Source: Chiloscyllium plagiosum (lineage: Eukaryota). Taken from it: a stretch of 64,000 nucleotides of DNA. Of this stretch, positions 11,635 to 24,599 are shown piece by piece. A program made the translations under genes and the position numbers. The notes under the pieces were generated by a model that ran no database searches, was not told the origin of the DNA, and saw nothing but the letters and a program-made list of their open reading frames with translations. The stretch spans positions 9,170,815 through 9,234,814 of the forward strand of contig NC_057757.1 in assembly GCF_004010195.1 (NCBI RefSeq). The letters are read 5' to 3'. Within the stretch, counting starts at the first letter, position 1, and each line of letters opens with the position of its first letter.

Positions 11635-12590
11635 TCCAGTTCCCCTTCAACATTGCCACCCAGGTGGATAGTGCTGTTAAGAAGGCATACGATGTGTTGG
11701 GTTTCATTGGGAGAGGGATTGAGTTCCGGAACTGCAATATCATGCTGCAACTATACAAAACGCTGGTGCGGCCGCACTTGGAATATTGTGCACAGTTCTG
11801 GTCCCCATATTTCGGGAAGGATGTGGAAGCATTGGAAAAGGTGCAGAGGAGATTTGCCAGGATGTTGCCTGGTCTGGAGGGAAGGTCTTATGAGGAAAGG
11901 CTGAGAGACTTAGGTCTGTTCTCATTGGAAAGAAGAAGGCTAAGGGGGGATTTGATAGAGACATACAAGATTACTTACAGTGTGGAAACAGGCCCTTCAG
12001 CCCAACAAGTCCACACCGACCCGCTGAAGCACACCCACCCAGACCCATTCCCCTGCACCTAACACTACGGGCAATTGAGCCTGGCCAATTCACCTTACCT
12101 GCACATTTTTGGACTGTGGGAGGAAAGCGGAGCACCCAGAGGGGACCCACACAGACACGGGGAGAACGTGCAAACTCCACACAGACAGTCGCCTGAGGCG
12201 GGAATTGAACCCGGGTCTCAGGCCCTGTGAGGCAGCAGTGCTAACCACTGTGCCAGATGATCAGATAGGGTAGACAGCGAAAGCCTTTTTCCGAGGATGA
12301 TGATGTCAGCTTGTACGAGGGGGCATAATTACAAATTGCGGGGTGATAGATTTAAGACAGATGTCAGAGGCAGGTTCTTTACTCAGAGAGTGGTAAGGGC
12401 ATGGAATGCCCTGCCTGCTAATGTAGTCAACTCAGCCACATTAGGGAGATTTAAACAATCCTTAGATAAGCACATGGATGATTTTGGGATAGTGTAGGGG
12501 GACGAGCTGAGAATAGTTCACAGCTTGGCGCAACATCGAGGGCCGAAGGGCCTGTTCTGCGCTGTATTGTTGTATGTTGTGTGTTCTATG
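11635..12590 (+). mobile_element. CR1/HER1 LINE 3' end interrupted by a minus-strand V-SINE (~11969-12255)
   Basis: LYKTLVRPHLEYCAQFWSPY...LGLFSLERRRLRGDLIETYK, resuming after the SINE as TRGHNYKL...FFTQRVVRAWNALP. Confidence 0.9.
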
Positions 12591-13149
12591 ATCGGGTTCA
12601 TTCACGGGTGCCATTGGGGAACGACAGACAGCCCCAAGTAAAGTGGGGGGGTCACTGTAACATGGAGGTGGCAAGTAATCCAATTCCCATGGGCCATCAG
12701 CTGAATGGAGGCTGCTGGGGAGGACTGCTCTTTGACCCGGAACCAATCTGTCCCTTGAGCATCACCACAGCCAGTGGGGGACCACTGGCTCAGGCTGACT
12801 CCACTGTTGCTACAACTCAGAGCTCAACACAGCGCAGGGCCGCTGTGAAAATAATCTGTTTACTGCCAGCACATCAGCAAGGTTTTTGTCCGACAATTTA
12901 TCTAAATAAACGGCACAGAGGTATAATTACAAGCCCACATTAACCTCAGATGCGGAGAGACTCCAACATCCCTTAGATTGCGCAGGTGGTAAACAGCAGA
13001 GAATCAGGTCTGTAGATTCCTGAGCTCTGTAATGACCATGAATTGACAGTACTGTGGGAGAGTGTAGAGAGAGCTTTACTCTCTTACTGAACCCTGTGTT
13101 GCACTTGCCCTGGGAGTGTTAAATGGGCAGTGTGGAAAGGGGACCATCG

Positions 13150-13440
13150 CACCTGCACTGACCCTCTGAAGAGCACCACCCAGACCTAACTCCCCACCCT
13201 ATCTCTATGATCCCACATTTCCCATGGCTAATCCACCCAGCCTGAACATTCCTGGACAACGTAGCACGGTCAATCCGCCCTGACCTGCACATCTATGGAC
13301 TGTGGGAGGCAACCCGAGGAAACCCACACAGACACAAGGTGAATGTGCAAACACCACACAGACAGTCACCCGAGGCTGGAATCAATCCCTGGTCCCTGGT
13401 ACTGTGAGGCAGCAGTGCTAACCACTCAGCCACTGTGCCT
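13150..13440 (-). mobile_element. V-SINE (diverged)
   Basis: Head GCAGCAGTGCTAACCACT on plus strand and V-domain remnants. Confidence 0.75.
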
Positions 13441-13762
13441 CCCCGCAGTGCCTGTCCTGGGAGTGTTTGATGGGGGACAGTGTAGAGGGAGCTTTACTCT
13501 GTATCTAACCCCGTGCTGTCCCTGTCCTGGGAGTGTTTGATGGGGACAGTGTAGAGGAAGCTTTATCTGTATCTAACCCTGTGCTGTCCCTACCCTGGGA
13601 ATGTTTGATGGGGATAGTGTAGAGAGAGCTTTACTCTGTATCTAACCCTGTGCTGTCCTTGCCCTGGGAGTGTTTGATGGGGACAGTGTAGAGGGAGCTT
13701 TACTCTGTATCTAACCCCGTGCTGTCCCTGTCCTGGGAGTGTTTGATGGGGACAGTGTACAG
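13440..13762. repeat. ~69-bp tandem repeat, about 4.5 units
   Basis: Unit CTGGGAGTGTTTGATGGGGACAGTGTAGAGGGAGCTTTACTCTGTATCTAACCCCGTGCTGTCCCTGTC; a diverged single unit at ~13055-13135. Confidence 0.9.
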
Positions 13763-13924
13763 ATCAGTCATACCAGAATGGAAACATTGACTCTATCTGC
13801 CTCTCATCATGGGCGCTGCCAGCCCTGCTGAGTTTCTCTATATTCATTTCATATTTCTAGCATCTGCAGTAATTTGCTTTTAACCAAGACTGAGAGGGGA
13901 CTTGACAGGATGGAAGGGGATGGG

Positions 13925-14001
13925 ATCCTGATGAAGGCCTTCAGCCTGAAACGTGGACTCTCCTGCTCCTCGGATGCTGCCTGACCTGCTGTGCTTTTCC
14001 A
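13925..14001 (+). mobile_element. Family A Penelope-like fragment with hammerhead core and non-cleavable GUG triplet
   Basis: CTGATGA-AGGC-cttca-GCCT-GAAAC-GTG at 13928-13955. Confidence 0.65.
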
Positions 14002-14599
14002 ACATGATCATATTGAATGGCGGTGCGAGCTTGAAGGGCCGAATGGCCTCCCCCTGCACCTGTTTTCTCTGTTTCTAATCCCTCAAAGTATCTGAGGAGA
14101 GCAGGGAGCAGGTCCACATGGATTAGGTAGATAGAAAGCACCCTGCATTTGTATAGCGCCTGTCAGCCGCTTCAGAAGATCCCAAAAATACCTGGAGTGG
14201 AGAGAGTTGCCTCGTGAGGAAGGATTGGACAGTTTGGGCTTAGACCTGCAGGAGTTTAGAAGCGTTAAGGAGCGACTCGGTCATGATACTTAAGATTCTG
14301 AAGGGACGTTGAGAGTTCTGATGTCGGGTCTCTGGAACTCGAAACATTAATTGTTTTTTCCTGTCCACAGATGCTGCCCAGATCTGCTGAGTTTCTCCAT
14401 TATTCTCTGAGTTTTTGTTTGATCAACTGTCCAGCGTCTACAGTGCTTTGCTTTTACGTGGATATGGGAGAATCTGGAACGAGAGACCACCGCTAAACAA
14501 AAAATCAGAGGGCACTGTTTCATCCAGAGATGATAAAGAGTTCCATTCTTACAGAGTGCAGGGGAGTTTTTTTGGAACTCTGTGCCTCTGTGCCCCACA

Positions 14600-14885
14600 G
14601 AGACAGGGACCCAGGTTCAATTTCAGCCTCCGGTGACTGTCTGTGTAGAGTTTGCACATTCTCCCTGTGTCTGCGTGGGTTTCCTCCGGGTGCTCCGGTT
14701 TCCTCCCACAGTCCAAAGCTGTGCATGTCAGGGTGGATTGGCCCGGCTAAATTGCCTGTAGTATTAGGTGGATAAGTCAGAGGGAAATGGGTCTGGGTGG
14801 GTTACTCTTCGGAGGGTCGGTGTGGACTGGTTGGGACAAAGGGCCTGTTTTCACACTGTCGGGTATCTAATCTAATCTAATCTAA
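14600..14885 (+). mobile_element. V-SINE, 5'-truncated
   Basis: B-box region, V-domain and (TCTAA)n tail. Confidence 0.85.
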
Positions 14886-15134
14886 GGCAGTGGAAACACA
14901 TACTTGGTTATTCTTCAGGCTAAGTGGACGGATTTTCGTTATACAAATGTTATCAGGATTGAACTCTGGAACAGGTTCCAGGGTCAGAGTGGCCTCTACC
15001 TGATATCTGTGTTTGTACATGATCTTGACTAGTCATTCTAGTTTACTGAGGGTAATTGATGAGTAATTACTGTCCCCCAGTGTTAACAGACCAGGAGCCA
15101 GAATTGTGGATGGGGGCCAGCAAAGAACAGAATG

Positions 15135-16300
15135 GGGTGGCACGGTGGCTCAGTGGTTAGCACTGCTGCCTCACGGCACCAGGGACCCGGGTTCGATTCC
15201 AGCCTCGGGCAGCTGTCTGTGTGGAGTTTACACATTCTCCCCGTGTCTGTGTGGGTTTACTCCGGGTGCTCCGGTTTCCTCCCACAGTCCCAAGATGTGC
15301 AGGTTAGGATGGATTGGCCATGCTAAATTGCCCCATAGTGTTCAGGGATGTGTAGGTTAGGGTGGATTGGCCATGGGAAATTGTCCCATAGTGTTCAGGG
15401 ATGTGTAGGTTCGGGTGGATTGGCCATGGGAAATTGTCCCATAGTGTTCAGGGATGTGTAGGTTAGGGTGGATTGGCCATGGGAAATTGTCCCATAGTGT
15501 TCAGGGATGTGTAGGTTAGGGTGGATTGGCCATGCTAAATTACCCCATAGTGTTCAGGGATGTGTAGGTTAGGGTGGATTGGCCATGCTAAATTNNNNNN
15601 NNNNNNNNNNNNNNNNNNNNNNNNNNNNNNNNNNNNNNNNNNNNNNNNNNNNNNNNNNNNNNNNNNNNNNNNNNNNNNNNNNNNNNNNNNNNNNNNNNNN
15701 NNNNNNNNNNNNNNNNNNNNNNNNNNNNNNNNNNNNNNNNNNNNNNNNNNNNNNNNNNNNNNNNNNNNNNNNNNNNNNNNNNNNNNNNNNNNNNNNNNNN
15801 NNNNNNNNNNNNNNNNNNNNNNNNNNNNNNNNNNNNNNNNNNNNNNNNNNNNNNNNNNNNNNNNNNNNNNNNNNNNNNNNNNNNNNNNNNNNNNNNNNNN
15901 NNNNNNNNNNNNNNNNNNNNNNNNNNNNNNNNNNNNNNNNNNNNNNNNNNNNNTTAGGGTGGATTGGTCGTGCTAAATTGGCCCATAGTGTTCAGGGATG
16001 TGTAGGTTAGGGTGGATTGGCCATGGGAAATTGTCCCATAGTGTTCAGGGATGTGTAGGTTAGGGTGGATTGGCCATGCTAAATTGTCCCATAGTGTTCA
16101 GGGATGTGCAGGTTAGGGTGGATTGGCCATGGGAAATTGTCCCATAGTGTTCAGGGATGTGTCGGTTGGATGCATTAGTCAGGGGGAAATGTAGAGTAAT
16201 AGGGTGTGGGAATGGGTCTGGGTGTGTTACCCTTCAGAGGGTCAGTGTGGACTTGTTGGGCCAAATGGCCTGTTTCCACACTGTAGGGATTCTCTGATCT
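15135..16300 (+). mobile_element. V-SINE with large internal 53-bp array spanning an assembly gap
   Basis: Head at 15135, array ~15295-16165 (gap 15595-15953), SINE tail to ~16300. Confidence 0.85.
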
Positions 16301-18207
16301 GGAACTCCCAGGAATGGAGGGATGAACAACAACTTGGAACCATGACCTGCAGTAGTCCTATTGACAAACGGGGTGTGGTTAGTAATGGAGCGAAGGATAC
16401 ACCTCTAGAGTTCTGGGAATATTATGAGGAAAAGAACAACGCATTAGGAATGGGACAGATCTGAAGCAGCCAGCAAGTGGGATTAGAGTGCTCAGGAAGA
16501 GGGAGCTGGGGCACAGATCCGGAAGGAGATGGGATGGTGACCTGGAGTGACCCACAGTGGAGATTGTGAGTGTCCATTGAGATTGTAGGTATAAGGATGT
16601 AACAACAGAGATCTTGGGTAAGTAGGAACTGAGATCTCGAATGGAGTTCTGGAGTTATCAGGAAGTGGGAGCTGCAGTGAGCAGGGCAGCTTGAGAGAAC
16701 AAGGGACAGGAGCTAGACTGGGAAACCATCTCGCAAATGTAAGTACGTGCTTGCCAGGAATGGGAATGGACTGCAAACAGACATTCGGAACACTATGAGG
16801 ACGGAGCAAAGGTGCGAGAGGGGCTGATCTTCCAGAAGCCTGGAAACACTACCCGGTGCTCTCCCCCCAGATGGGGAGCGGGTACTCCCAGCCTTTTCTG
16901 CTTTTGTTTCAGATTTCCGGAAGGTGTTTCCTCCAACTTTGCTCCGACCAGCAGGAATGGGATGGGGGAGGGGGGTTGCAGAAGGGCAAGCGACAAGCCT
17001 GGAACAGTGGCCCAGCGTAAACCTGGGAATTGAACTCTGGGGTGGTTAACGCACTGATGGAATCGAGGCTGCGGGAGGGAGCAGGGATGTTGTGAATGGC
17101 TAGGGGTTCGTTTCTACAAAACGCGAAGAAGGGTAAAGTAATTGCCCGAGAGGGAGGTCATCAGGAACTCCCTCTAACATCGTTAGGAACTGCCCATCAG
17201 CAAGTAAGCAGCAAGCACATAGCGAGACCCAGGATTAGCCGATGGGTTTGTCCCCGTGAGGAGTGATTGAGGAGACTAGGCCTGTTTTCCCTCTGGCTTT
17301 TGGGAGCAGGGGAGTGGTGCAGAGCTCAGAACGAAGGGCCCACTGCTGAGGGGAAGGGATGAGGAGGGATTTCTTCACTCAGAAAGCAGCGAGGGTTTGG
17401 AACTCTCTGCTCCTGAGAGCTGTGGAGCCTCAAACATTGACTGGGTTCAGGACAGACAGAGATCAACAGCTTCCGAGATCTTAAACTTACATGACAGATA
17501 ATCAGGCAGGAAAACGACACTGAGGTAAAAAAGATCAAAAATATTTTAGCTGGATTGTCAAGCAGACTGAACGGGCTGAATGGTCTCCTGCTCCTATCAC
17601 TCATGTTCTTATGGCTCCAGACGGGCCCACTAAGGTCAAAGTGGGTAATGTGGACTTCGAGGCACATTGAAAGTAGGGAAGGGGAATGTTTTTCCACCAC
17701 GAGGATGTTGACAAATTACTTGAAGAGGCAGAGATGGGAGGAGCAATGCAGGGGATAGAAACTGAGAAACAGGCAGTTCAGGAGAGGCTGATATTACTCC
17801 AGGTTGGTCGGTCCTTCCCTGATCCCCAGATTACATCCCAGATTATTCACAGGACCGGGGAGCTGAAGGGCTGGCCATAATCTTCCAGCGTTCCCCTGGA
17901 GATGGGCAAGGGTTCAGCTCCATTATATGAGGAAGATAGTAACGACACCCCTCACCAATACAGTCCAGTCAGTCTGAAGTCACTGAGGGTAAGACTTCAG
18001 AAGGAGAATCCTGCGTAGACCAGTAACAAGCTGGTTACTTCTAACCTATCAGAGTAACTTCTTGATTAAGTGATGTGAGGGAAATGTGGCGTATATTGCC
18101 CATAGGCATTACAAACTTTATCAAAGTATTTGTCAGGGTCCCACCAGGCTAGGGGAACATGCAAAGTGCTGGCTACACCCGAACTCGAACTTTGTGTACC
18201 AACCTCC

Positions 18208-18209
<2 letters not shown>

Positions 18210-18250
<41 letters not shown>

Positions 18251-18271
18251 GGGGGAGGGGGGAGGGGTGCT

Positions 18272-18317
<46 letters not shown>

Positions 18318-18740
18318 GGTGGGGGAGGGGTGCTGGATATATATATATATTTATATATATATAGAGAGAGACAGACAGACAGACAGACAGAGAAAGATAG
18401 AGATGGAGAGAGAGGGAGAGAGAGACAGAGACAGAGACACAGAAAGCAGAGATTTCCCAGAATGGTTCCAAGGATGAGGGATTCTAACTATCTATATCTA
18501 TCCATGCCAACTATATCTATCTATATCAGTATCTCTATCTATCTATCTATATCTTATCATTCTATCTATCCATCCGTCTATCAATCTATTTATCTCTTAT
18601 CATTCTATCTATATATATATCCACATCATCTATATCTATCTATCGCAATATCTATCTCTATCTATCTATATTTTATCATTCTATCTATATCATCTATATC
18701 TATCTCTCTATCCATCACTATCTCTCTATCCATCGCTATC

Positions 18741-18782
<42 letters not shown>

Positions 18783-18790
18783 ATCTACAT
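18210..18790. repeat. Compound microsatellite (GA)n/(TA)n/(GACA)n and degenerate (TATC)n
   Basis: Directly visible simple repeats. Confidence 0.95.
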
Positions 18791-19432
18791 CAGACTCTGC
18801 CCCTATTGCTCTTAGTGAGAAGAGCAGGGCATTCAGAATGGTGAGCCAACAGCCTCACTACATTATAGCTTCTCTTTTTACACCAGGTAAGGTCATCTTC
18901 TGGAGAATCCTTTCAATTCCAGCAAGGTGGAATTTGAATTCAAGAGAAAATTAAGAGTCCGACAGTGATCATGAAACTGTCGTCGATTGTTGGGAAACCC
19001 CATTTAGGGCCATAGGAACAGGAGAGGGCCCTTCAGCCCCTTAAACGGGTTGTCCCATTCAATGGTTGACAGACCCACCTTTGGCCCATATCCCTTAAGA
19101 TCATTGCTCGGCAAATATTTATCGATCTCAGATTCAAGATTAATAATCGATCCAGCAAATGCTGCCATTTTTGGAAGAGACTCTCCAAACTACTACCACC
19201 TTTGGTGAGCAGAGTTTATCATAGTCTCAGAAGAAGGGGCATCAATCTGAGACTGGGATGGGGAGGAATTTCTTCCCTCAGAGGGGGCGGGGGGTGAGTC
19301 TTTGGAACACCTTGAGCAGTGAGCAAGAGAGTGGGAAACAGGGTCCTGGGCAGTGGATCTGAAATAGTGTTCTGCAGTAGACAAACAGAGTGCCCAGTCA
19401 CAGGAACCAGAAACCAACAGCCAGGAACAGAT

Positions 19433-19620
19433 AAGAGAGAGAGAGAAAGACAGAGACTGAGAGAGACATAGAGAGAGAGAGAGAGAGACAGAGAGAGATA
19501 GAGAGAGAGACAGAGAGAGAGACAGAGAGAGACAGAGTGAGACAGAGACAGAGATAGGTAAAGAGAGAGAGAGAGACAGAGACTGAGAGAGACAGAGACA
19601 GAGACAGAGAGAGACAGAGG
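19433..19620. repeat. (GA)n/(GAGACA)n microsatellite
   Basis: Directly visible. Confidence 0.95.
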
Positions 19621-19801
19621 GATGTGACATTTAGTCGTAACAGACTTGAGGAAACTGCATAGCAAACCCTGCTCCTATTTTGACTGTAGGAATGAAGTAA
19701 GGCAGAGAAAGAGGCCGGTCATAGAGATCAGGGGTGGTCAATAACAGAGACTCGGGGTGGACAATCCTGGGGGCGGGGGGGGGGGCTAATTACTGCAGAT
19801 G

Positions 19802-19997
19802 CTGGAACCACAGATGCTGGAGATCACTGTGGGTCAGGCAGCGTCCGCGGAGAGAGAGAGAGAGCCAGCTAACGTTTCGAGTCTGAACGACTCTTCATCA
19901 GACGAATGAACAGTCATCTAAGCTGGGAATGTTAGCTGGCCCTCTCTCTGCAGACGCTGCCTGACCCGCTGTGATCTCCAGCATCTGTTGGTTCCAG
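19802..19997. mobile_element. Inverted-repeat Penelope-like insertion (family D) with hammerhead core on minus (19869-19902)
   Basis: Arms CTGGAACCACAGATGCTGGAGATCAC... and ...GTGATCTCCAGCATCTGTTGGTTCCAG; minus strand CTGATGA-A-GAGTC-gttca-GACTC-GAAAC-GTT. Confidence 0.8.
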
Positions 19998-20493
19998 AGC
20001 AATGCTGGAGGTTTGGATAAAACAGAATCCCGGAGCGGGATTGGAACAAGTCATGGTGCTCTGTAGCGGCTACACCGAAAGGCCCTGGGCCGCTGGAGCT
20101 GGACGCTCGGGACGTCAACCAACTGGAGGCAGGAGCATTGTGAAAACTGGGAATGGGATGTCGACAGAATCGCATATAGGAATGGAGCAGTTGTGGCTTC
20201 ATGACAGGGCTTAATGACTGAGAGCAACTTGGCCCCACTCACCAAATTCTCCTCCTTCTGAACAATAAGGGACCAGTTCTATCTCCAACAGCTGTTAAAA
20301 CTACACGGGGAGGAGGGGGGGGGGGGGGGGGAACCTGGGGTCACCAGATCTCCCCAACTGACGCACAAAGACAACTTTCAATTTGGGAGATTCCAGGGTT
20401 CAGAGAGATCATGACTGGGCCATAGGAGAAAGTGAGGGCTGCAGATGCTGGAGATCAGAGCTGAAAATGTGTTGCTGGAAAAGCGCAGCATCC

Positions 20494-20993
20494 NNNNNNN
20501 NNNNNNNNNNNNNNNNNNNNNNNNNNNNNNNNNNNNNNNNNNNNNNNNNNNNNNNNNNNNNNNNNNNNNNNNNNNNNNNNNNNNNNNNNNNNNNNNNNNN
20601 NNNNNNNNNNNNNNNNNNNNNNNNNNNNNNNNNNNNNNNNNNNNNNNNNNNNNNNNNNNNNNNNNNNNNNNNNNNNNNNNNNNNNNNNNNNNNNNNNNNN
20701 NNNNNNNNNNNNNNNNNNNNNNNNNNNNNNNNNNNNNNNNNNNNNNNNNNNNNNNNNNNNNNNNNNNNNNNNNNNNNNNNNNNNNNNNNNNNNNNNNNNN
20801 NNNNNNNNNNNNNNNNNNNNNNNNNNNNNNNNNNNNNNNNNNNNNNNNNNNNNNNNNNNNNNNNNNNNNNNNNNNNNNNNNNNNNNNNNNNNNNNNNNNN
20901 NNNNNNNNNNNNNNNNNNNNNNNNNNNNNNNNNNNNNNNNNNNNNNNNNNNNNNNNNNNNNNNNNNNNNNNNNNNNNNNNNNNNNNNNNNNNN
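20494..20993. other. Fixed-size 500-N scaffold gap (likewise 37129-37628 and 54189-54688)
   Basis: Three runs of exactly 500 N suggest joins of unknown length; smaller gaps at ~10485-10576, 15595-15953, 31855-32187, ~42978-43014. Confidence 0.9.
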
Positions 20994-21066
20994 TGCCTCA
21001 CAGCGCCAGGGGCCTGGGTTCAATTCCAGCCTCGGGCAATTGTCTGTGTGGAGTTTGTACATTCTC

Positions 21067-21350
21067 TGTTGTTGTGGTTCTGTTCGCCGAGCTGGGAATT
21101 TGTGTTGCTGACGTTTTGTCCCCTGTCTAGGGGACATCCTCAGTGCTGGGGAGCCTCCTGTGAAGCACTGAGGATGTCACCTAGACAGGGGACGAAACGT
21201 CTGCAACACAAATTCCCAGCTCAGCGAACAGAACCACAACAACGAGCACCCGAGCTACAAATCTTCTCACAGACTTTGACCACCTACGGGCGAGAGACAC
21301 TAAGACAAGCCAGGAAATGGGAATCCTGTGCCAACTACCTAAGCGCCACA
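21067..21350. mobile_element. Penelope-like inverted pseudo-LTR insertion (family B2) with ORF-start tail and 12-bp TSD
   Basis: TTGTACATTCTC duplicated at 21055-21066 and 21351-21362; inverted arms; tail translates TTYGRETLRQARKWESCANYLSAT, resembling Penelope/Poseidon ORF N-termini. Confidence 0.85.
21165..21204 (+). ncRNA. Minimal type I hammerhead ribozyme motif, core intact
   Basis: GCA-CTGAGGA-T-GTCACC-tagaca-GGGGAC-GAAAC-GTC-TGC; stem I GCA/TGC; predicted cut after 21201. Confidence 0.8.
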
Positions 21351-21904
21351 TTGTACATTCTCCCCTGTGTCTGCGTGGGCTTCCTCCCACAATCCGAAGA
21401 TGTATAGGTTAGGGTGGATTGGCCATGCTAAATTCCCCCATAGTGTTCAGGGATGTGTAGGTTAGGGTGGATTGGCCATGCTCAATTACCCCATAGTGTT
21501 CAGGGATGTGTAGGTTAGTGTGGATTGGCCATGCTAAATTACCCCATAGTGTTCAGGGATGTGTAGGTTAGGGTGGATTGGCCATGCTAAATTGCCCCAT
21601 AGTGTTCAGGGATGTGTAGGTTAGGGTAGATTGGCCATGCTAAATTGCCCATAGTGTTAGGTGCATTAGTCAGGGGGAAATGGGTCTGGGTGGGTTACTC
21701 TTCAGCGGGTCGGTGTGGGCTTTTGGGCTGAAGGGCCTGTTTCCACACTGTAGGGAATCTGATCTGAACTCTTCCATAACGACTTTGAAACATGCAGTGT
21801 TATGGTCACTATTCCCAAAATACCTGCCCGCTGAAACTTCATCCACTTGACTAGTTTTATTCCCTGGGATTAGGTCCAGTGCTACTCCATCTCTGGTAGG
21901 AGTA

Positions 21905-22079
21905 CAGAGAAACCTCTGTTATCCGGCATTCAATTATCCAAATTTCGGATTATCCAGCAAGTTCGCAAGGCCCCAATGCTCGGCCAAACTCTGTTATCCG
22001 GCATTCAATTATCCAAACATGTGATTTTCTGAAGAAAATGCCCCCTGACCGTGCCGTTCGGATAATCGAGGTTCCTCTG
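21905..22079. mobile_element. Tc1/mariner (Tigger/pogo-like) MITE inserted in a CR1 endonuclease-region fragment
   Basis: TA-CAGAGAAACCTCTGTTATCCG ... CGGATAATCGAGGTTCCTCTG-TA: 21-bp imperfect TIRs and TA duplication. Confidence 0.85.
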
Positions 22080-22719
22080 TATTTACAGACTGGCACAGAA
22101 AGCTCTCCGGGACGCCCTTTTTCACAATTCTACCCCATCCAACCCGTTCACATTGAGGTGATCCCAGTTAATGTCAGCATAGTTGAAGTTCCCTACAACT
22201 ATAAGCCTGTTTTCATCACGTCTTCCTGTAATTTGCCTCCATGTTGCTCCTCTGTCTCCCTCTGGCTGTCGAGAGGCCTGAAATATAATCCCAGCAAAGT
22301 TGTGATCCCCCTTCTTTTATTTCTAAGTTTTTTTATTTCAAAAATATACTTTATTCATAAAATTATTTTGACAGCTATACCCATTTCATCTGTATATATT
22401 GCATTTCTTTACACACACATATCAGACTGAATTATTTGTATATACAAGTCTATATGTTGACCATCCAGATGTTTAGCTGAGGTGTCAGTGGAGCCCAATT
22501 ATTGAGTAGGCCTCTACCCTTCTTTTATTTCTAAGATGGCCTTATTTGAAGACACCCTCCCTCATCGTTGCAGTCCTCCTGTCCTTCCTTCAACCAGGTT
22601 TCAGTGATTGCAACCATACCGTATTCACCTGTGCTGATTAATGCTCGAAGTTCATCCATCTTACGACTTAGTAGGATTTCACTGAGCCTGATCAGAGGGC
22701 AGAACGGTCACTGCTCAGA

Positions 22720-22888
22720 CCCGCATCTTCGGACTGGTGGGAGGAAACCGGAGCACCCGGAGGAAACCCACGCAGACGCGGGGGAGAATGTGCAAACTCC
22801 ACACAGTCAGTCAGTCGCCCGAGGCTGGAATCGAACCCGGGCCCCTGTAACGCAGTAGTGCTAACCGCTGAGCCACTGTGCCACCCCG
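22720..22888 (-). mobile_element. V-SINE 5' half
   Basis: Head and V-domain on minus strand. Confidence 0.8.
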
Positions 22889-23029
22889 TGTGCTCACCTC
22901 CCCTCTCTCCTGCCACCCCCCACACCCCCACCTCCCAACTGGAAGTCCAGGGCCACCTTCTTGACTGGTGGATAGCTTCTCACTGAGTCATCCCAGAAAG
23001 AGGCCTTTTGACCCATCTACACAACTTAG

Positions 23030-23785
23030 TCATAGAGTCATAGAGTCCTCCAGCAGAGAGACAGGCCCTTTGGTCCAAACTCGTCCATGCCGACCAAACT
23101 GGCCATCCACACTAACCCCATTACCCTGCACTTGGCCCATATCCTCCTAATCCTTCCCTATCCATGTATTTGTCCAAATACCTTTTAAATGTTGTTAATG
23201 TACCCGCCCCAACCACTTCCCCTGGCAGCTCATTCCATCTGCGTACCACCCTCTGGGTAAAAACATTGCCCCCTCACGTTCCCTTTTATTCTTTCCCCTC
23301 TCACCATAAACTGATGCCCTCTCGTCCTCGATTCCCCAACCCTGGGAAACAGACTGAGTGCGTTCACCCTATCCATGCCTCTCATGATCTTATACACCTC
23401 TATAACATCCCCTCCTCAGTCTCCTACGCTCTAAAGAGAAAAAGTCCTCATTTGTCCAACCTCTCCCTGGAACTCAGTCCCTTCAGACCTGGCAACATCC
23501 TTGTAAACCTCCCCTGCACACTGTCCAGTTTAATAACGTCCTTCCAATAGCAAGGTGACCAAACCTGAACACAGTACTCCAAGTGCGGCCTCACCAACGG
23601 CCCTGTATAACTGCAACATAACTTCCCAACTTCTACACTCAGTGCCCTGACTGATGAAGGCCAGTGTGCCTAAAGCCTCCTTCCCTGCCCTGTCTACCTG
23701 GGACTCCACTTGCAGAGAACCCTGCACCTGAACTCCAAGGTCCCTCTGTTCCACTACACTCCTTAAAGGCCCTACCATTCACCAA
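23030..23785 (-). mobile_element. CR1/HER1 LINE 3' end
   Basis: Tail CATAGAGTCATAGAGTC at 23031; minus translation EQRDLGVQV...SWEVMLQLY. Confidence 0.9.
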
Positions 23786-24294
23786 CATAATTTGCTTTTC
23801 ATGGTGTTTTTTTTTAATGGCATGGAGAGAGGCCATTCGGCCCATCATGTCCACACCAGTGATCCATTCTAATCCCATTTTCCATCACTTGGCCCACAGC
23901 CTTCTCAGTTTCCCCAACTCTTGTATGCACATCCCAGCGCATGATCAGAGGCTCATCGAGGCAAGGTATTTGATCCTTTGTGACTCTCACATTCCGCTCC
24001 CCCTGCCCACTGTTCATCCTTCAACACTTTCCTTTTGAAATCGGTCCCCATTTTGAAATTGGGGCATTCCCCAATGACACTATTTTGACCACTTAGTAAA
24101 CAATCAGTGCCCTTTTCTCTGGCAGGGATATGGCTGTTGCTCTGAAATTTGGTATTCTTGCATGTGTCCTGACGAGTGCCGGATGACAGTCTTTGAAAAC
24201 ACAGCTCGCGTTCGGCGGAATTGTAAAGGTTCCTGTTGGATCTGCTCCCACCGCTGTTTCAGACAGCATTTTTCCAGATCACGCTAACCCTTCG

Positions 24295-24599
24295 GGGCGG
24301 CGCAGTGGCTCAGTGGTTAGCACTGCTGCCTCACAGCACCAGGGTCCCAGGTTCGATTCCAGCCTCGGGCGACTGTCTGTGTGGAGTTTGCACATTCTCC
24401 CCGTGTCTGCGTGGGTTTCCTCCGGGTGCTCCGGTTTCCTCCCTCAGGTCAGGTGAATTGGCCGTGCTAAATTTCCCCAGAGTGATCGGTGCATTAGTCA
24501 GAGGGAAATGGGTCTGGGTGGGTTACTCTTCGGAGGGTCGGTGTGGACTGGTTGGGCTGTAGGGCCTGTTTCCACACTGTAGGGAATCTAATCTAATCT
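24295..24599 (+). mobile_element. V-SINE
   Basis: Head, B-box GGTTCGATTCC, V-domain, (AATCT)n tail. Confidence 0.9.

Larger units (their letters stand above)
20994..21768 (+). mobile_element. V-SINE with nested Penelope-like insertion and ~5-unit 53-bp array
   Basis: SINE head after gap, interrupted at 21067-21350, array ~21405-21660, tail to 21768. Confidence 0.85.

Noticed and set aside
18086..19665. ORFs rich in RE, YI, SL or IS repeats
   Set aside because: Translations of microsatellites.
20378..21407. Long ORFs spanning N runs (also near 15.6, 31.8, 37 and 54 kb)
   Set aside because: Length is an artefact of translating Ns.
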